From an uncultured Methanospirillum sp. (GTDB taxonomy: Archaea > Halobacteriota > Methanomicrobia > Methanomicrobiales > Methanospirillaceae): DNA of 64,000 bases. A program made the position numbers and the translations under genes. The DNA is taken from NCBI GenBank assembly GCA_964637135.1, contig CAZWTX010000010.1, positions 1 to 64,000 of the forward strand. The letters run 5' to 3'. Shown here piece after piece: positions 41,576 through 50,757 of the stretch (position 1 is its first letter; each line of letters opens with the position of its first letter). The notes beneath the pieces were generated by a model. It was not told the DNA's origin and ran no database searches. It saw only the letters and a list, made by a program, of their open reading frames with translations.

Positions 41576-44128
41576 TCAGGGAGGGGAATCCGTCCATCGG
41601 GAGAAAGCTCTGAGGGCCGGCCAGAGAACAAGTACCGGCATCGTTCCGATAAGAAGGAATACCCACTGGAACAGGTTCAACGGAACCGTTCCAAAAAGAC
41701 TCCCCCCGTACTGGACGATCAGTACCTGGATCAGAATGATTCCTGCCATGATCAGAAAGAAGATCGGATTGCCTTTCAGGAGCGGGGGCATCACCCCGTT
41801 GATGCCGCGACAGTTTATCCCGTTCCATACCTGTGCAAGGACAAATCCGGAGAAGAACGCGGTTGCCTGCTCTGCAGGAGTGTCCATGAGCGGAATGCCG
41901 AGCGTCAGGAGGATCACACCAGCCAGAATATACACCGCGGCGGTGATGAGAATGGCTCGCATCATGTATGGGGTGATCACCGGGGCATTCCGGGGGATCG
42001 GCCGCTGGTTCATCAATCCCGGATGCGGGGCCTCTGAACAAAGGGCAAGAGCAGCGAGGGAATCCATGATGATGTTGATCCAGAGCAGTTGGATAATCGT
42101 AAACGGCGGGGGAAACCCAAGCACCGGAGAGAGGACAGTGATCACGGCGGCCGAGATGTTGATGGTCAGCTGGAAGATCAGGAACCGCTGGATATTCTCG
42201 AACAACGCCCGTCCCCACCAGACCGCCCGTTCTATCGTCGGGAAAGAATCATCAAGAAGGATGATATCGCTTGCTTCCCGGGCAACCTCGGTCCCGGCAA
42301 TCCCCATCGCAAGTCCGACATCCGCATGACGAAGGGCTGGTGCGTCGTTGGTTCCGTCGCCGGTCACCGCCACCACCTCACCGTCTTCCTGAAGTGCCTG
42401 CACCAGCATGAGCTTGTCATGGGGCTGGGACCGTGCCAGCACCTGGAGATCCCGCGACACCTGCTGCCGGGAACGGTCGTCAAGATCCCTGAATTCAGGA
42501 CCGGTGACAACGAATCCTGTGGTCAGGATCCCGGTCTCCCGTGCGATCGCGGCAGCCGTCTCCGGGCTGTCTCCGGTGACCATTTTCACGATAATACCGG
42601 CATCACGGCATGTGGCAACAGCCTGTGGGACATCCGGCCTGACCTCATCCCTGATTCCGACATACCCATCCCAGACCAGGTTATCCGGTTCTGTTCCGGG
42701 CGGGGAGAGAAGGGCATGGGCAAAGGCAAGGGTCCGCATTGCCCGGCCGGCAAGATCGTGAACCCGGGCAAGGTCAGGGGCCGGGCTGCATCGGGCGGCC
42801 ACTACCTCCGGGGCCCCCTTCACAAGAATGATTTCCCGGCCGGCGATGATAACCGTCGTTGACATTAGTTTCTTCTGCGAACTGAAGAGATCCTGTGATA
42901 CCGGCGGGTAGCGGTTCCTGATATCCTGGTATCGTATCCCTGCACGATGCAGCCATCTGAGCAGGGCACCTTCGGTGGAGTTTCCGACCGTTCCCATCCT
43001 GCCGGCGGCCGCATCAAGTTCCGCCGTACTATTAACCGCTGCATTCAGGGTCACCCAACCGGCAGCGGTCTCCGGCACCCCCGTGACATCTTCCGGTACT
43101 TCGATTGGAGATGCTGCCACCTCCATCTGGTTCATCGTGAGCGTTCCGGTCTTGTCAGTACAGATCACTGTCACTGCCCCGATGGTTTCACATGCACTAA
43201 TACGTCGTACCAGACTCGACGCCCGGGTCATCTTCCGCACACTCAGGGCAAGAGAAACGGTCACGCTCACCGGGAGGCCTTCCGGAACAGAGACTACGAT
43301 AATGACCACGGCGTACATCACTGCATGGAGGAGAAGCCGGATCACATCGAGGAAACTTCCGGGAGGATTCGGGCCAAAGAAACCCTGGAAGAGAATGAGA
43401 CCGATGATCAGGGCAGCCATGAGATACCCGAACCTGCTGATCAGGCCGGCAAGGTCGCCGAGTTTTACCTGTAGCGGTGTCTGCGGTCTGACGCCCGCGG
43501 CAAGGGAAGCAGCAATCTCGCCCATCCGGGTATGGTCCCCGACACCGGCAGCGACCATTTTTCCCCTGCCTGCAGTCACGTAGGAACCTTTGACGACGAT
43601 ATCATCAGGGTTCTTTTTTACCGCCTCGCTCTCGCCGGTAAAGGCCGATTCGTCGGTTTCCATTCCCGGGCAGTGGATCAGGTACCCGTCTGCGGGAATC
43701 ATATCACCGGCTTCCAGGAGGATAATATCCCCAACGACGATATCCCGCATCGGGACTGACGATGCCTGACCGTCCCTGATCACCTTGATGCCGGTATCCT
43801 CCCGCATCGCGTTCAGTGCATCGAACTCACGATTACTTTTGTATTCGGTCAGAAAGGCGATGGTTGTCGCCAGGATAACCGCAAGCAGGATCCCGACGGT
43901 ATCAATGAGACTGTTCCCCTCTGCGACTGCCACCACAGCAGAGAGGAGCATTGCCACGAGCAGGATCCGGATGATGGGATCCTCGTACTTCTCAAGGTAC
44001 TGTTTCCATGCAGGAACCCGTTTCGGGGGTGTCAACTCGTTCTTTCCGAAACGACTTCGTGACAACTCGATATCAGGAGCTGACAATCCGGTCCGTGGGT
44101 TGACGGGGATGTCAGGGAGGGAACGCAT
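41576..44128 (-). CDS. Calcium-translocating P-type ATPase (type II)
   Basis: TGES, VPEGLP, DKTGTLT, KGAPE, TGD, GDGTNDAPAL, QLLWINIIMD. Confidence 0.95.
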   Translation of the reverse strand: MRSLPDIPVNPRTGLSAPDIELSRSRFGKNELTPPKRVPAWKQYLEKYEDPIIRILLVAMLLSAVVAVAEGNSLIDTVGILLAVILATTIAFLTEYKSNREFDALNAMREDTGIKVIRDGQASSVPMRDIVVGDIILLEAGDMIPADGYLIHCPGMETDESAFTGESEAVKKNPDDIVVKGSYVTAGRGKMVAAGVGDHTRMGEIAASLAAGVRPQTPLQVKLGDLAGLISRFGYLMAALIIGLILFQGFFGPNPPGSFLDVIRLLLHAVMYAVVIIVVSVPEGLPVSVTVSLALSVRKMTRASSLVRRISACETIGAVTVICTDKTGTLTMNQMEVAASPIEVPEDVTGVPETAAGWVTLNAAVNSTAELDAAAGRMGTVGNSTEGALLRWLHRAGIRYQDIRNRYPPVSQDLFSSQKKLMSTTVIIAGREIILVKGAPEVVAARCSPAPDLARVHDLAGRAMRTLAFAHALLSPPGTEPDNLVWDGYVGIRDEVRPDVPQAVATCRDAGIIVKMVTGDSPETAAAIARETGILTTGFVVTGPEFRDLDDRSRQQVSRDLQVLARSQPHDKLMLVQALQEDGEVVAVTGDGTNDAPALRHADVGLAMGIAGTEVAREASDIILLDDSFPTIERAVWWGRALFENIQRFLIFQLTINISAAVITVLSPVLGFPPPFTIIQLLWINIIMDSLAALALCSEAPHPGLMNQRPIPRNAPVITPYMMRAILITAAVYILAGVILLTLGIPLMDTPAEQATAFFSGFVLAQVWNGINCRGINGVMPPLLKGNPIFFLIMAGIILIQVLIVQYGGSLFGTVPLNLFQWVFLLIGTMPVLVLWPALRAFSRWTDSPP

Positions 44129-44330
44129 ATGATGAATCCATCGTCAGTGAATATCAGTCTGGTGGCTCACAATGCAATAGTACCAGATATGATCCCATTC
44201 ATCCACTGGATGCTGCGGGACAAGTGAGAAACCCTATAAATCCTGAGCCCCGATAGTACCGTTCCACAGCAATTCCCGGACTGAAGAGAGACTCTGAAGC
44301 AGTTTCTCATGCGGGAATGGTGAAATATCC

Positions 44331-45206
44331 ATGAAATCACAGCGTGACGCCGGTCTTACCGGCAGAATTTTTCTTACCTGGGTACTGCTCCTCCTGGTTT
44401 ACCTCATCTTTATGGGCATACTCATGGCACTCGGGCTCCCATCGATCTTCATCATCGTGATCGCGGTGGGGATGGGACTTGTCCAGTACTTCTTCTCAGA
44501 CAAACTCGTCCTCATGAGTACCGGCGCCCGGATCACCGAACCAGACGAAGCGCCCGGACTTCACCGGATGATCGAGGCGCTCTGTATCGAAGCCGGCCTT
44601 CCAAAGCCACGGGTGGCAATCATGCAGTCGCCGATGCCGAACGCGTTTGCCACCGGACGCAGCCCGAACCATGCGGTGGTTGCGGTCACTGACTCGATCA
44701 TGCGAACCCTGAACGAAGAGGAACTCAAAGCGGTACTTGCCCACGAACTCTCCCATATCAAGAACCGGGACATCCTGACGATGACCGTGGCAAGTTTCGT
44801 TGCCATGATCGCTTCCATGATTATGAACAACTTCCTCTTCGCCTCACTCTTCAACCGGGAACAGGGCGGAGCCTGGATCATCGCCGGCATCGTCGCAACC
44901 GTCGTATGGCTCATTGCAACGCTCCTTATGATGGCGCTCTCCCGGTACCGGGAATTTGCCGCTGACCGTGGTGCCGCTTACATAACAGAGAACCCTGATG
45001 CCCTCATATCGGCCCTGAAAAAGATCAGCGGAAGGATGGACAGCCTTCCTGCCCAGACAAAAGCTGCTGCCGAAGGAGCCAACGCCTTCTATATCATCCC
45101 GGCAATCTCCGGCCAGTCCCTCGCAGCACTCTTCTCGACGCACCCTGCCCTTGAGAAACGCATTGAAAATCTCGAGAAGGTCAGAAGCGAAATCCGGGGC
45201 TACTAA
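44331..45206 (+). CDS. htpX: Zinc metalloprotease HtpX
   Basis: PNAFATGRSP, VLAHELSHIKNRD, LSRYREFAAD, FSTHP. Confidence 0.95.
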   Translation: MKSQRDAGLTGRIFLTWVLLLLVYLIFMGILMALGLPSIFIIVIAVGMGLVQYFFSDKLVLMSTGARITEPDEAPGLHRMIEALCIEAGLPKPRVAIMQSPMPNAFATGRSPNHAVVAVTDSIMRTLNEEELKAVLAHELSHIKNRDILTMTVASFVAMIASMIMNNFLFASLFNREQGGAWIIAGIVATVVWLIATLLMMALSRYREFAADRGAAYITENPDALISALKKISGRMDSLPAQTKAAAEGANAFYIIPAISGQSLAALFSTHPALEKRIENLEKVRSEIRGY

Positions 45207-45305
45207 CCCATTTTTCAGATTAAAAATCTCATATGACCACCGGTTGCCACCCGGTGATGCCTGATCCATAAACAGGTATCCGTACAAGGGATCACCATCA
45301 ATCCA

Positions 45306-47564
45306 TCACCCCTGACCGTGGCTGTCGGCCTCAAAGACACGATACCGCCATCCTGATCCCGGAACGGCTATCTCGAACTCAACGCCGTTCCCGAAAATTC
45401 CCACTTCGCGGATGGAAATCTCGGTCAGGGCCAGAATCTCCCGGATCAGAAAGAGACCGAGTCCGGTATTTTTCCCATGGCCTTTCTTAAATATTAACTC
45501 CTTTTCAGCATCAGGTACACCAGAACCGTTATCGGCATACCTGATGATCAACGGCTCTCCCTCTTTCTCCGGGGGAGTGGCGGTGATCCGGATCTCCGTT
45601 ACATGCTCTCCGTGTCGGCGAGAATTCTCGATCAGGTTGTATATCACCTTCTCAAGCATCTGGTCTGCGTAGATCTCAAACCAGTCAACCGACGATATAC
45701 ATTCTACCCCATCAAGCAGACAGGTTATCAGCCGGGAATAGAGGATTGGTTCAATTCGTTGCCATATTGGTTCTTTGACGCCGAGCTCATCGTATTCTCG
45801 CGTAAACTCGATCAGATTCTGGATATCACTACTTGCCTGGCCGATTGCGAGGCAGGCTTTTTCCAGATCGGTGCCCTTGACAGATGGGGCAAAGAGATCA
45901 ACATATCCGCTTATTACCGTGATCCGGTTCAGGATATCATGCCGTGTGATACTGCTGAGGATTCGGATCTTCTCCCCTGCCAGCTTGAGGGCCCTGTTTA
46001 CCCTGATCACCTCCTCCTCTGCCTTCTTCCGTTTGGAGATATCAATAAAACCGCTGATGATTCCTGCAATTGCTCCTCCCGCATCGTACCAGGGAGTGAA
46101 GATAGCAGTCGTCCATTTTGGCTCCTTCACCCGGGGGAACGAAACATATGAGTCGGCTATCGTTATTGCTTCCCCGGCAAGGACTTTCTCATAATTATCC
46201 CCTGCATCGGTCTCCCTCAGAAACGGAAACAGTTCAAACGGAGTTTTTCCGAGTGCATCCATTCTCATGACCCCGGTAAACATCTCCATCATCGGGTTCC
46301 AGTACCGGTGGCAGAGGGTGCGGTCGAGGACGCAAATTCCAATCGGCAGCTGGTTGATGACTTCACGGATAAACTGCTCCTTTTCGGTGAGTTCTGCCTG
46401 ACTCTTCTGTAATTCGTTCAGGGAGAACCTGAGATCGTCTGAGATCGTGAGGAGATCCTCATTCATCCGGTTGAGCTGCTGGTTTTTCCGATCAATTTCC
46501 TCCCTGGTTCTCACCAGTTCTCCCCATGAACGGGCATTCATGATGGCGAGCCCGATAAACCGGCTCATCGAGAGGGCAAGGTTGAGGTACTCGCGAACCC
46601 GGTCCTGTTCCTGCACCCCGGATACCTCGAGGATACCAATAAGTTCGGCCTGATACCGGAGTGTCAGGAAAAAACCCGAACGATCAGGGATAAAACCCCA
46701 CTCCTCTCCCGCATACGCGAGAAGGGGCGAGGCGGCGGGATCCCCGCATACCTGGCCGGGGCTCATGAATTCTGCCCCGGGAATCCCGGCTTCAAACCGG
46801 ATGTACCGGACCGACCGGGGACCATACAGGGTCTCAAAGACCGTCAGGATCTTCCCAATCACCTCATCTTCATTGGTAATCTGGGCAATCCCGGACAGGA
46901 ATGTGATTGAAGCCATCTGCCTGGCAAGTTCTTCTCTGATCCGGAGGAGTCGTTTCTGAGATACTGAACGTTCGCGCCTGAGTTCCCATTTCGTTACCGC
47001 AAGATGTATAATGGCCTCAAGGAGAGATGTCCCGACCGACACCTTACGGACCGGTAGACCGGAAAATTCTTCAAATGAACGAATATCCTGCTCATCAACA
47101 GGGAGAATCCCGGTATCCACAATGGAGACACCCGTCAGGTTTCGGGAGAAAAAATCAGATCTCTCGTCGGGATTAAAGCCCATCAGGGATACATGATCTT
47201 TCCATTTTTTCATCCAGGATGGATACACGAGGTATGCACCGGCAGCGACCAGCGAGGAGATCTCATACGATGGGATCACGAGTTCAAGGCAGGTATCCGG
47301 GCCGGCATGGACAATCCTTTCTCCAAACAGCCCCTCCTCTGCGATCTGCCGTGTCCCGAAGAAGAGGCCTTCCGCTCCAGGCGGGAGCATCCGGTTGATC
47401 TGGTCTGCTCCCGTTACCAGCTCGTGGTGTGAACAACTACACATATGCGGATAAAAAACGGATTCAACCCCCTGCCACGCGGCTTTTTTCAGGACATGCC
47501 TGACCTCCGGTTCAAGAGTCTCGCAGAAGAAAAGACAAAGACCAGGTTTTTTTTCAGGTGACAA
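45306..47564 (-). CDS. Histidine kinase: DUF1638-like N-terminus, GAF-like, PAS, HisKA/HATPase
   Basis: Likely TTG start at 47564 overlapping the upstream stop; C..L..E, CLE, YLVYPSW..W, IVDTG, F.E..GLP; SITRHDILN, NLIENSRRHG, DNGSGV, TGLGLF; no TM. Confidence 0.85.
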   Translation of the reverse strand: MSPEKKPGLCLFFCETLEPEVRHVLKKAAWQGVESVFYPHMCSCSHHELVTGADQINRMLPPGAEGLFFGTRQIAEEGLFGERIVHAGPDTCLELVIPSYEISSLVAAGAYLVYPSWMKKWKDHVSLMGFNPDERSDFFSRNLTGVSIVDTGILPVDEQDIRSFEEFSGLPVRKVSVGTSLLEAIIHLAVTKWELRRERSVSQKRLLRIREELARQMASITFLSGIAQITNEDEVIGKILTVFETLYGPRSVRYIRFEAGIPGAEFMSPGQVCGDPAASPLLAYAGEEWGFIPDRSGFFLTLRYQAELIGILEVSGVQEQDRVREYLNLALSMSRFIGLAIMNARSWGELVRTREEIDRKNQQLNRMNEDLLTISDDLRFSLNELQKSQAELTEKEQFIREVINQLPIGICVLDRTLCHRYWNPMMEMFTGVMRMDALGKTPFELFPFLRETDAGDNYEKVLAGEAITIADSYVSFPRVKEPKWTTAIFTPWYDAGGAIAGIISGFIDISKRKKAEEEVIRVNRALKLAGEKIRILSSITRHDILNRITVISGYVDLFAPSVKGTDLEKACLAIGQASSDIQNLIEFTREYDELGVKEPIWQRIEPILYSRLITCLLDGVECISSVDWFEIYADQMLEKVIYNLIENSRRHGEHVTEIRITATPPEKEGEPLIIRYADNGSGVPDAEKELIFKKGHGKNTGLGLFLIREILALTEISIREVGIFGNGVEFEIAVPGSGWRYRVFEADSHGQG

Positions 47565-48585
47565 TTGGATAACTCCCGAACCGGGTTGCCGCTTCACGAA
47601 TCGCAAGGAGATTTTCATCGGGAACCTGGAGGGGAATCTCCCCGTGGTTATCGCTCAGGATAAACCCGCCACCAGGTGCTGCGATGCGGATGAGCCGGGA
47701 GACCTGGTCTGCTACCTCCTCACGGCTCCAGTGTACCATCGCTATCCCGTTCAGGTTTCCGATGATCCCCACCTTTCCCCCGGCCAATGCTTTTATCTCC
47801 GATATATTCTCACTTTCTCCAAAGGCGATGGCAGCGGTTCCGGTTTCAATAACCCGGTCAAGAATGGGAAGTACCCGGGCTGACGCGAATGCGGTTGCCA
47901 CCGGCCCGGGTATCTGTGGAATCACCTCCCTGGCCACACGCCACCCGGTCCGTTCGTATAGGGCCGGGGGGATGATCATCGGCGAGGAGACCGGGTCAAA
48001 GTAGATGATCGCATCTGCACCGGCTGCGATCTGGGCTTTTCCCCATGCAATACAGAACTCACTATTTATTGCAATAAGGCGATCAAAGCGCTCCGGATCG
48101 GTATACATCAGTTGAAGATATGCCTCAAACCCCATCTGCATCACCGGGAGGGAGAGGGGAGCGATGACAACTCCGAAGATGGGGGCATCATCGGGGGAAC
48201 CGGCCTTAATCAGGCGTATTGTCTCGAGCACCATCGCAAGGCACGCAGTCTCGTGGACCCGGGGAACCGTGATGGTATCAATAGCAGCCCCGCTCGTAAT
48301 GATCGGCCTGCCGCTGTTTGGCGGACCATCTTCACGGAACAGGATCGAGCCACCGAACGCCTCGAAATCAACCGCCCCGTAATGGAATCCGAAATAGGCA
48401 TCGGTTCCGTACTTCTCCCTGATATGCAACTGGCCCCTGGCAACATGGTCTGAGGAGGTAAAAAAATCCGCATGCCTGATCCCCAGATCTTTTGCAGCGT
48501 GCATTGTTGGGTTGAGCACGAGGGGCACCCGGTCAGGCTCCTGAAATCCGAGTGCCGTCATGATCCGATCCCGTGAGCTCATCAT
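47554..48585 (-). CDS. UroD/MtaA-CmuA superfamily protein (MT2-like)
   Basis: SSRDRI.TAL..EPDRVP, EAFG, AQIAAGADAI..DP.SS..I.P..Y, GNLN, GGGFILS. Confidence 0.88.
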   Translation of the reverse strand: MMSSRDRIMTALGFQEPDRVPLVLNPTMHAAKDLGIRHADFFTSSDHVARGQLHIREKYGTDAYFGFHYGAVDFEAFGGSILFREDGPPNSGRPIITSGAAIDTITVPRVHETACLAMVLETIRLIKAGSPDDAPIFGVVIAPLSLPVMQMGFEAYLQLMYTDPERFDRLIAINSEFCIAWGKAQIAAGADAIIYFDPVSSPMIIPPALYERTGWRVAREVIPQIPGPVATAFASARVLPILDRVIETGTAAIAFGESENISEIKALAGGKVGIIGNLNGIAMVHWSREEVADQVSRLIRIAAPGGGFILSDNHGEIPLQVPDENLLAIREAATRFGSYPIVT

Positions 48586-49220
48586 CGGAATCCCTCCAGA
48601 TCATGGATGGCCGGAATGACATCAGATGCTGTCACACAGACACGATCAGCTCCGACTTCGGCGCCAAGGCCGGGATCAATCCTGAACGGGGCTCCTCCGA
48701 CAATAACCCGGGTTCCGGTACCGGCCAGGAACGAGGTGACTTCCCTGACCTTCAGGGCTGACGGGAACATCAGGACAGAGATCAGGAGGATCTGGATGCC
48801 ATCCCTCGCAAGAAGCGGCAGGAGACCGGCGACGTCCTGGTGACCGTACCGCACCGGAGTATATCCCGCTGATTTTAAAACCGAGGAAACAATCCGCTCG
48901 CCGAGCATATGATAATCGTCAAGAACCACCGTTGCGATCCGGGTGTCTCGGCCGGGAAGCCCGGCCGGGTCAGGTATCAGGAGATCTATCGCCTCTTCGA
49001 TCAAGGTGCCGGCCATGTAGACCTGGGAAAGAGCAAGATTGCCTTCTTCCCAGTTTTGTCCTATCTCTTCAAGAGCCGGTACAACGAGGTAGTCGATAAC
49101 CTCACCGGGAGTGGTATCCTCAATGGCTTCATCGAGGATCTCACGGATAGTGACACGATCCATCCCGATAAGCGCTGAGACGAGTCCGGTCACCGCATCC
49201 TCCCGCAAAACGGTGGTCAT
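48582..49220 (-). CDS. Corrinoid (cobalamin-binding) protein
   Basis: Cap domain (PALEEIGQNWEEG..LSQV), DDYHMLG (DxHxxG), SVLM, VIVGGAPF, VGAD. Confidence 0.92.
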   Translation of the reverse strand: MTTVLREDAVTGLVSALIGMDRVTIREILDEAIEDTTPGEVIDYLVVPALEEIGQNWEEGNLALSQVYMAGTLIEEAIDLLIPDPAGLPGRDTRIATVVLDDYHMLGERIVSSVLKSAGYTPVRYGHQDVAGLLPLLARDGIQILLISVLMFPSALKVREVTSFLAGTGTRVIVGGAPFRIDPGLGAEVGADRVCVTASDVIPAIHDLEGFR

Positions 49221-49630
49221 GCACGGAGATTAGACGTTTTCGGGATATAAATATAGATCCCCATAGCGAGGCCATGAGGCGGTTACCAGCCAGGTACAGG
49301 ATACATCAGGCATACGGAGCCGGAATGAAAGGAAACAGATCGTGTTATCAATCTCCATTCCACCAATTGCCGGTATCATCCATTAAATCAGTTCAGGTCA
49401 TGGAGGCATGTCATGCCAGATGAAGATATGGTACCGTACAGAATACGGTTCTCTGCCCGCAGGGTCAGCAGGATAATCCCCTATAGCATCAAACCGATAC
49501 GGATCGTGGAAATCATCCGGTGCACAGGAATACCGGGTCAGCGAAACGATCCTCATTGTAACCAGCTGCAAAACCTCAGGGTTCTGGAACGGTCCGTAGC
49601 CGGAGCAGTTCTGTCCGTTGGAGAACATAC

Positions 49631-50008
49631 ATGCAGGTGATCAGGATTCAATCTCTTCCTCCGGTTGGGTATGTTGCACTCGGAGGATGCTGCGGGTCAG
49701 TTCTCAGGTTCCTGATCAGTGATCCCCTCCCGGTTCCAGCCGGGACATTCCTCGTGAACGTCACCGGATGTATCGCGATCGATATCCTGATGTACCACTC
49801 GATCTTCACCGGTGCCTTCAGCCGGGAGGCAAGGATGTTCCTCGGGTTCGGATGTATCGGATCCTTCACAACATTCTCGGCGTTTGCCACGGAAACAATT
49901 ACCTTCAGCCCGGTTTTTGGAGTGATCAATATCCTGGCAAACCTTCTCTGCGGACTGCTGGGTATCTTCATCGGCAGAACGATCGTGCTCTCTCATCGGA
50001 GGCCGTGA
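49631..50008 (+). CDS. crcB: Fluoride channel Fluc/CrcB, subunit 1
   Basis: VALGG..GSVLRF, GTFLVNVTG, G.IGSFTTFSAF. Confidence 0.88.
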   Translation: MQVIRIQSLPPVGYVALGGCCGSVLRFLISDPLPVPAGTFLVNVTGCIAIDILMYHSIFTGAFSREARMFLGFGCIGSFTTFSAFATETITFSPVFGVINILANLLCGLLGIFIGRTIVLSHRRP

Positions 50009-50361
50009 TGGAGAATGTCCTTCTTGTGGGGCTTGGAGGAGCGATCGGAGCCTCGCTTAGGTATATCCTCTCCGGGCTTTCTCCTATCCGGGGGATCCCG
50101 GCCGGGACAGCTCTCGTGAATATCTCCGGGAGCATCATCTTTGCATTCGTTGCCTTCTCACCATCTCCCGGGTCCGCCTATTTTCTCATCGATGCCGGAA
50201 TCCTCAGCGGGTACACCACCTTTTCAACCTTCAGTTTCGAGGTCTTCCGGATGCTGGAAGATCATGATTATCTCCATATGGCAGGTACCATTCTGATCAA
50301 TCTTGTCGGGAGCATCGGAGGGGCCTTTCTCGGCTATATCCTCATAACCCGGCTGGTATAG
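50008..50361 (+). CDS. crcB: Fluoride channel Fluc/CrcB, subunit 2
   Basis: ATG overlaps the upstream TGA (TGATG); VGLGGAIGASLRY, GTALVNISGS, GILSGYTTFSTF. Confidence 0.9.
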   Translation: MENVLLVGLGGAIGASLRYILSGLSPIRGIPAGTALVNISGSIIFAFVAFSPSPGSAYFLIDAGILSGYTTFSTFSFEVFRMLEDHDYLHMAGTILINLVGSIGGAFLGYILITRLV

Positions 50362-50371
50362 GAGGGGATCC

Positions 50372-50698
50372 ATGTTTGATGACGGAATGTTGCTCAGGAT
50401 GTACATCGCTGAGTCGGCAAAAATCGGAAAAAAGCCGGCCTATAAATTTCTCGTTGAATTCTTCCTGTCCAGGGGCTTTCCAGGATGCACGGTCACGAGA
50501 GGAATTACCGGGTTCGGCCATGAGCATACGATCCACACGGTTGATGTCCTCAACTTCTCGTTCGACCTCCCGCTGGTCATCGATGTCATCGATACCAGGG
50601 AGCGGATCCTTTCCATTGCCGAGGAGATCGAGCGTGAAGGATATGTAAAACACGGACTCATCATGCTTCAGGATGTCAGGATGAGTCGGAAAGCATAG
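50372..50698 (+). CDS. DUF190 (PII-like) protein
   Basis: LLRMYIAE, GCTVTRGITGFG, S.DLPLVIDVID; usual crcB neighbour. Confidence 0.88.
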   Translation: MFDDGMLLRMYIAESAKIGKKPAYKFLVEFFLSRGFPGCTVTRGITGFGHEHTIHTVDVLNFSFDLPLVIDVIDTRERILSIAEEIEREGYVKHGLIMLQDVRMSRKA

Positions 50699-50757
50699 CA
50701 ACCCAGAGATCGGCCCGGCTTGAGAAAAAAGAGAATATTGTACCCGGCATATCGGGT

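Noticed and set aside
41565..44132. Many long overlapping ORFs across the P-type ATPase (likewise across the MCP, RND and paaK genes)
   Set aside because: Alternate-frame and antisense shadows in GC-rich coding sequence.
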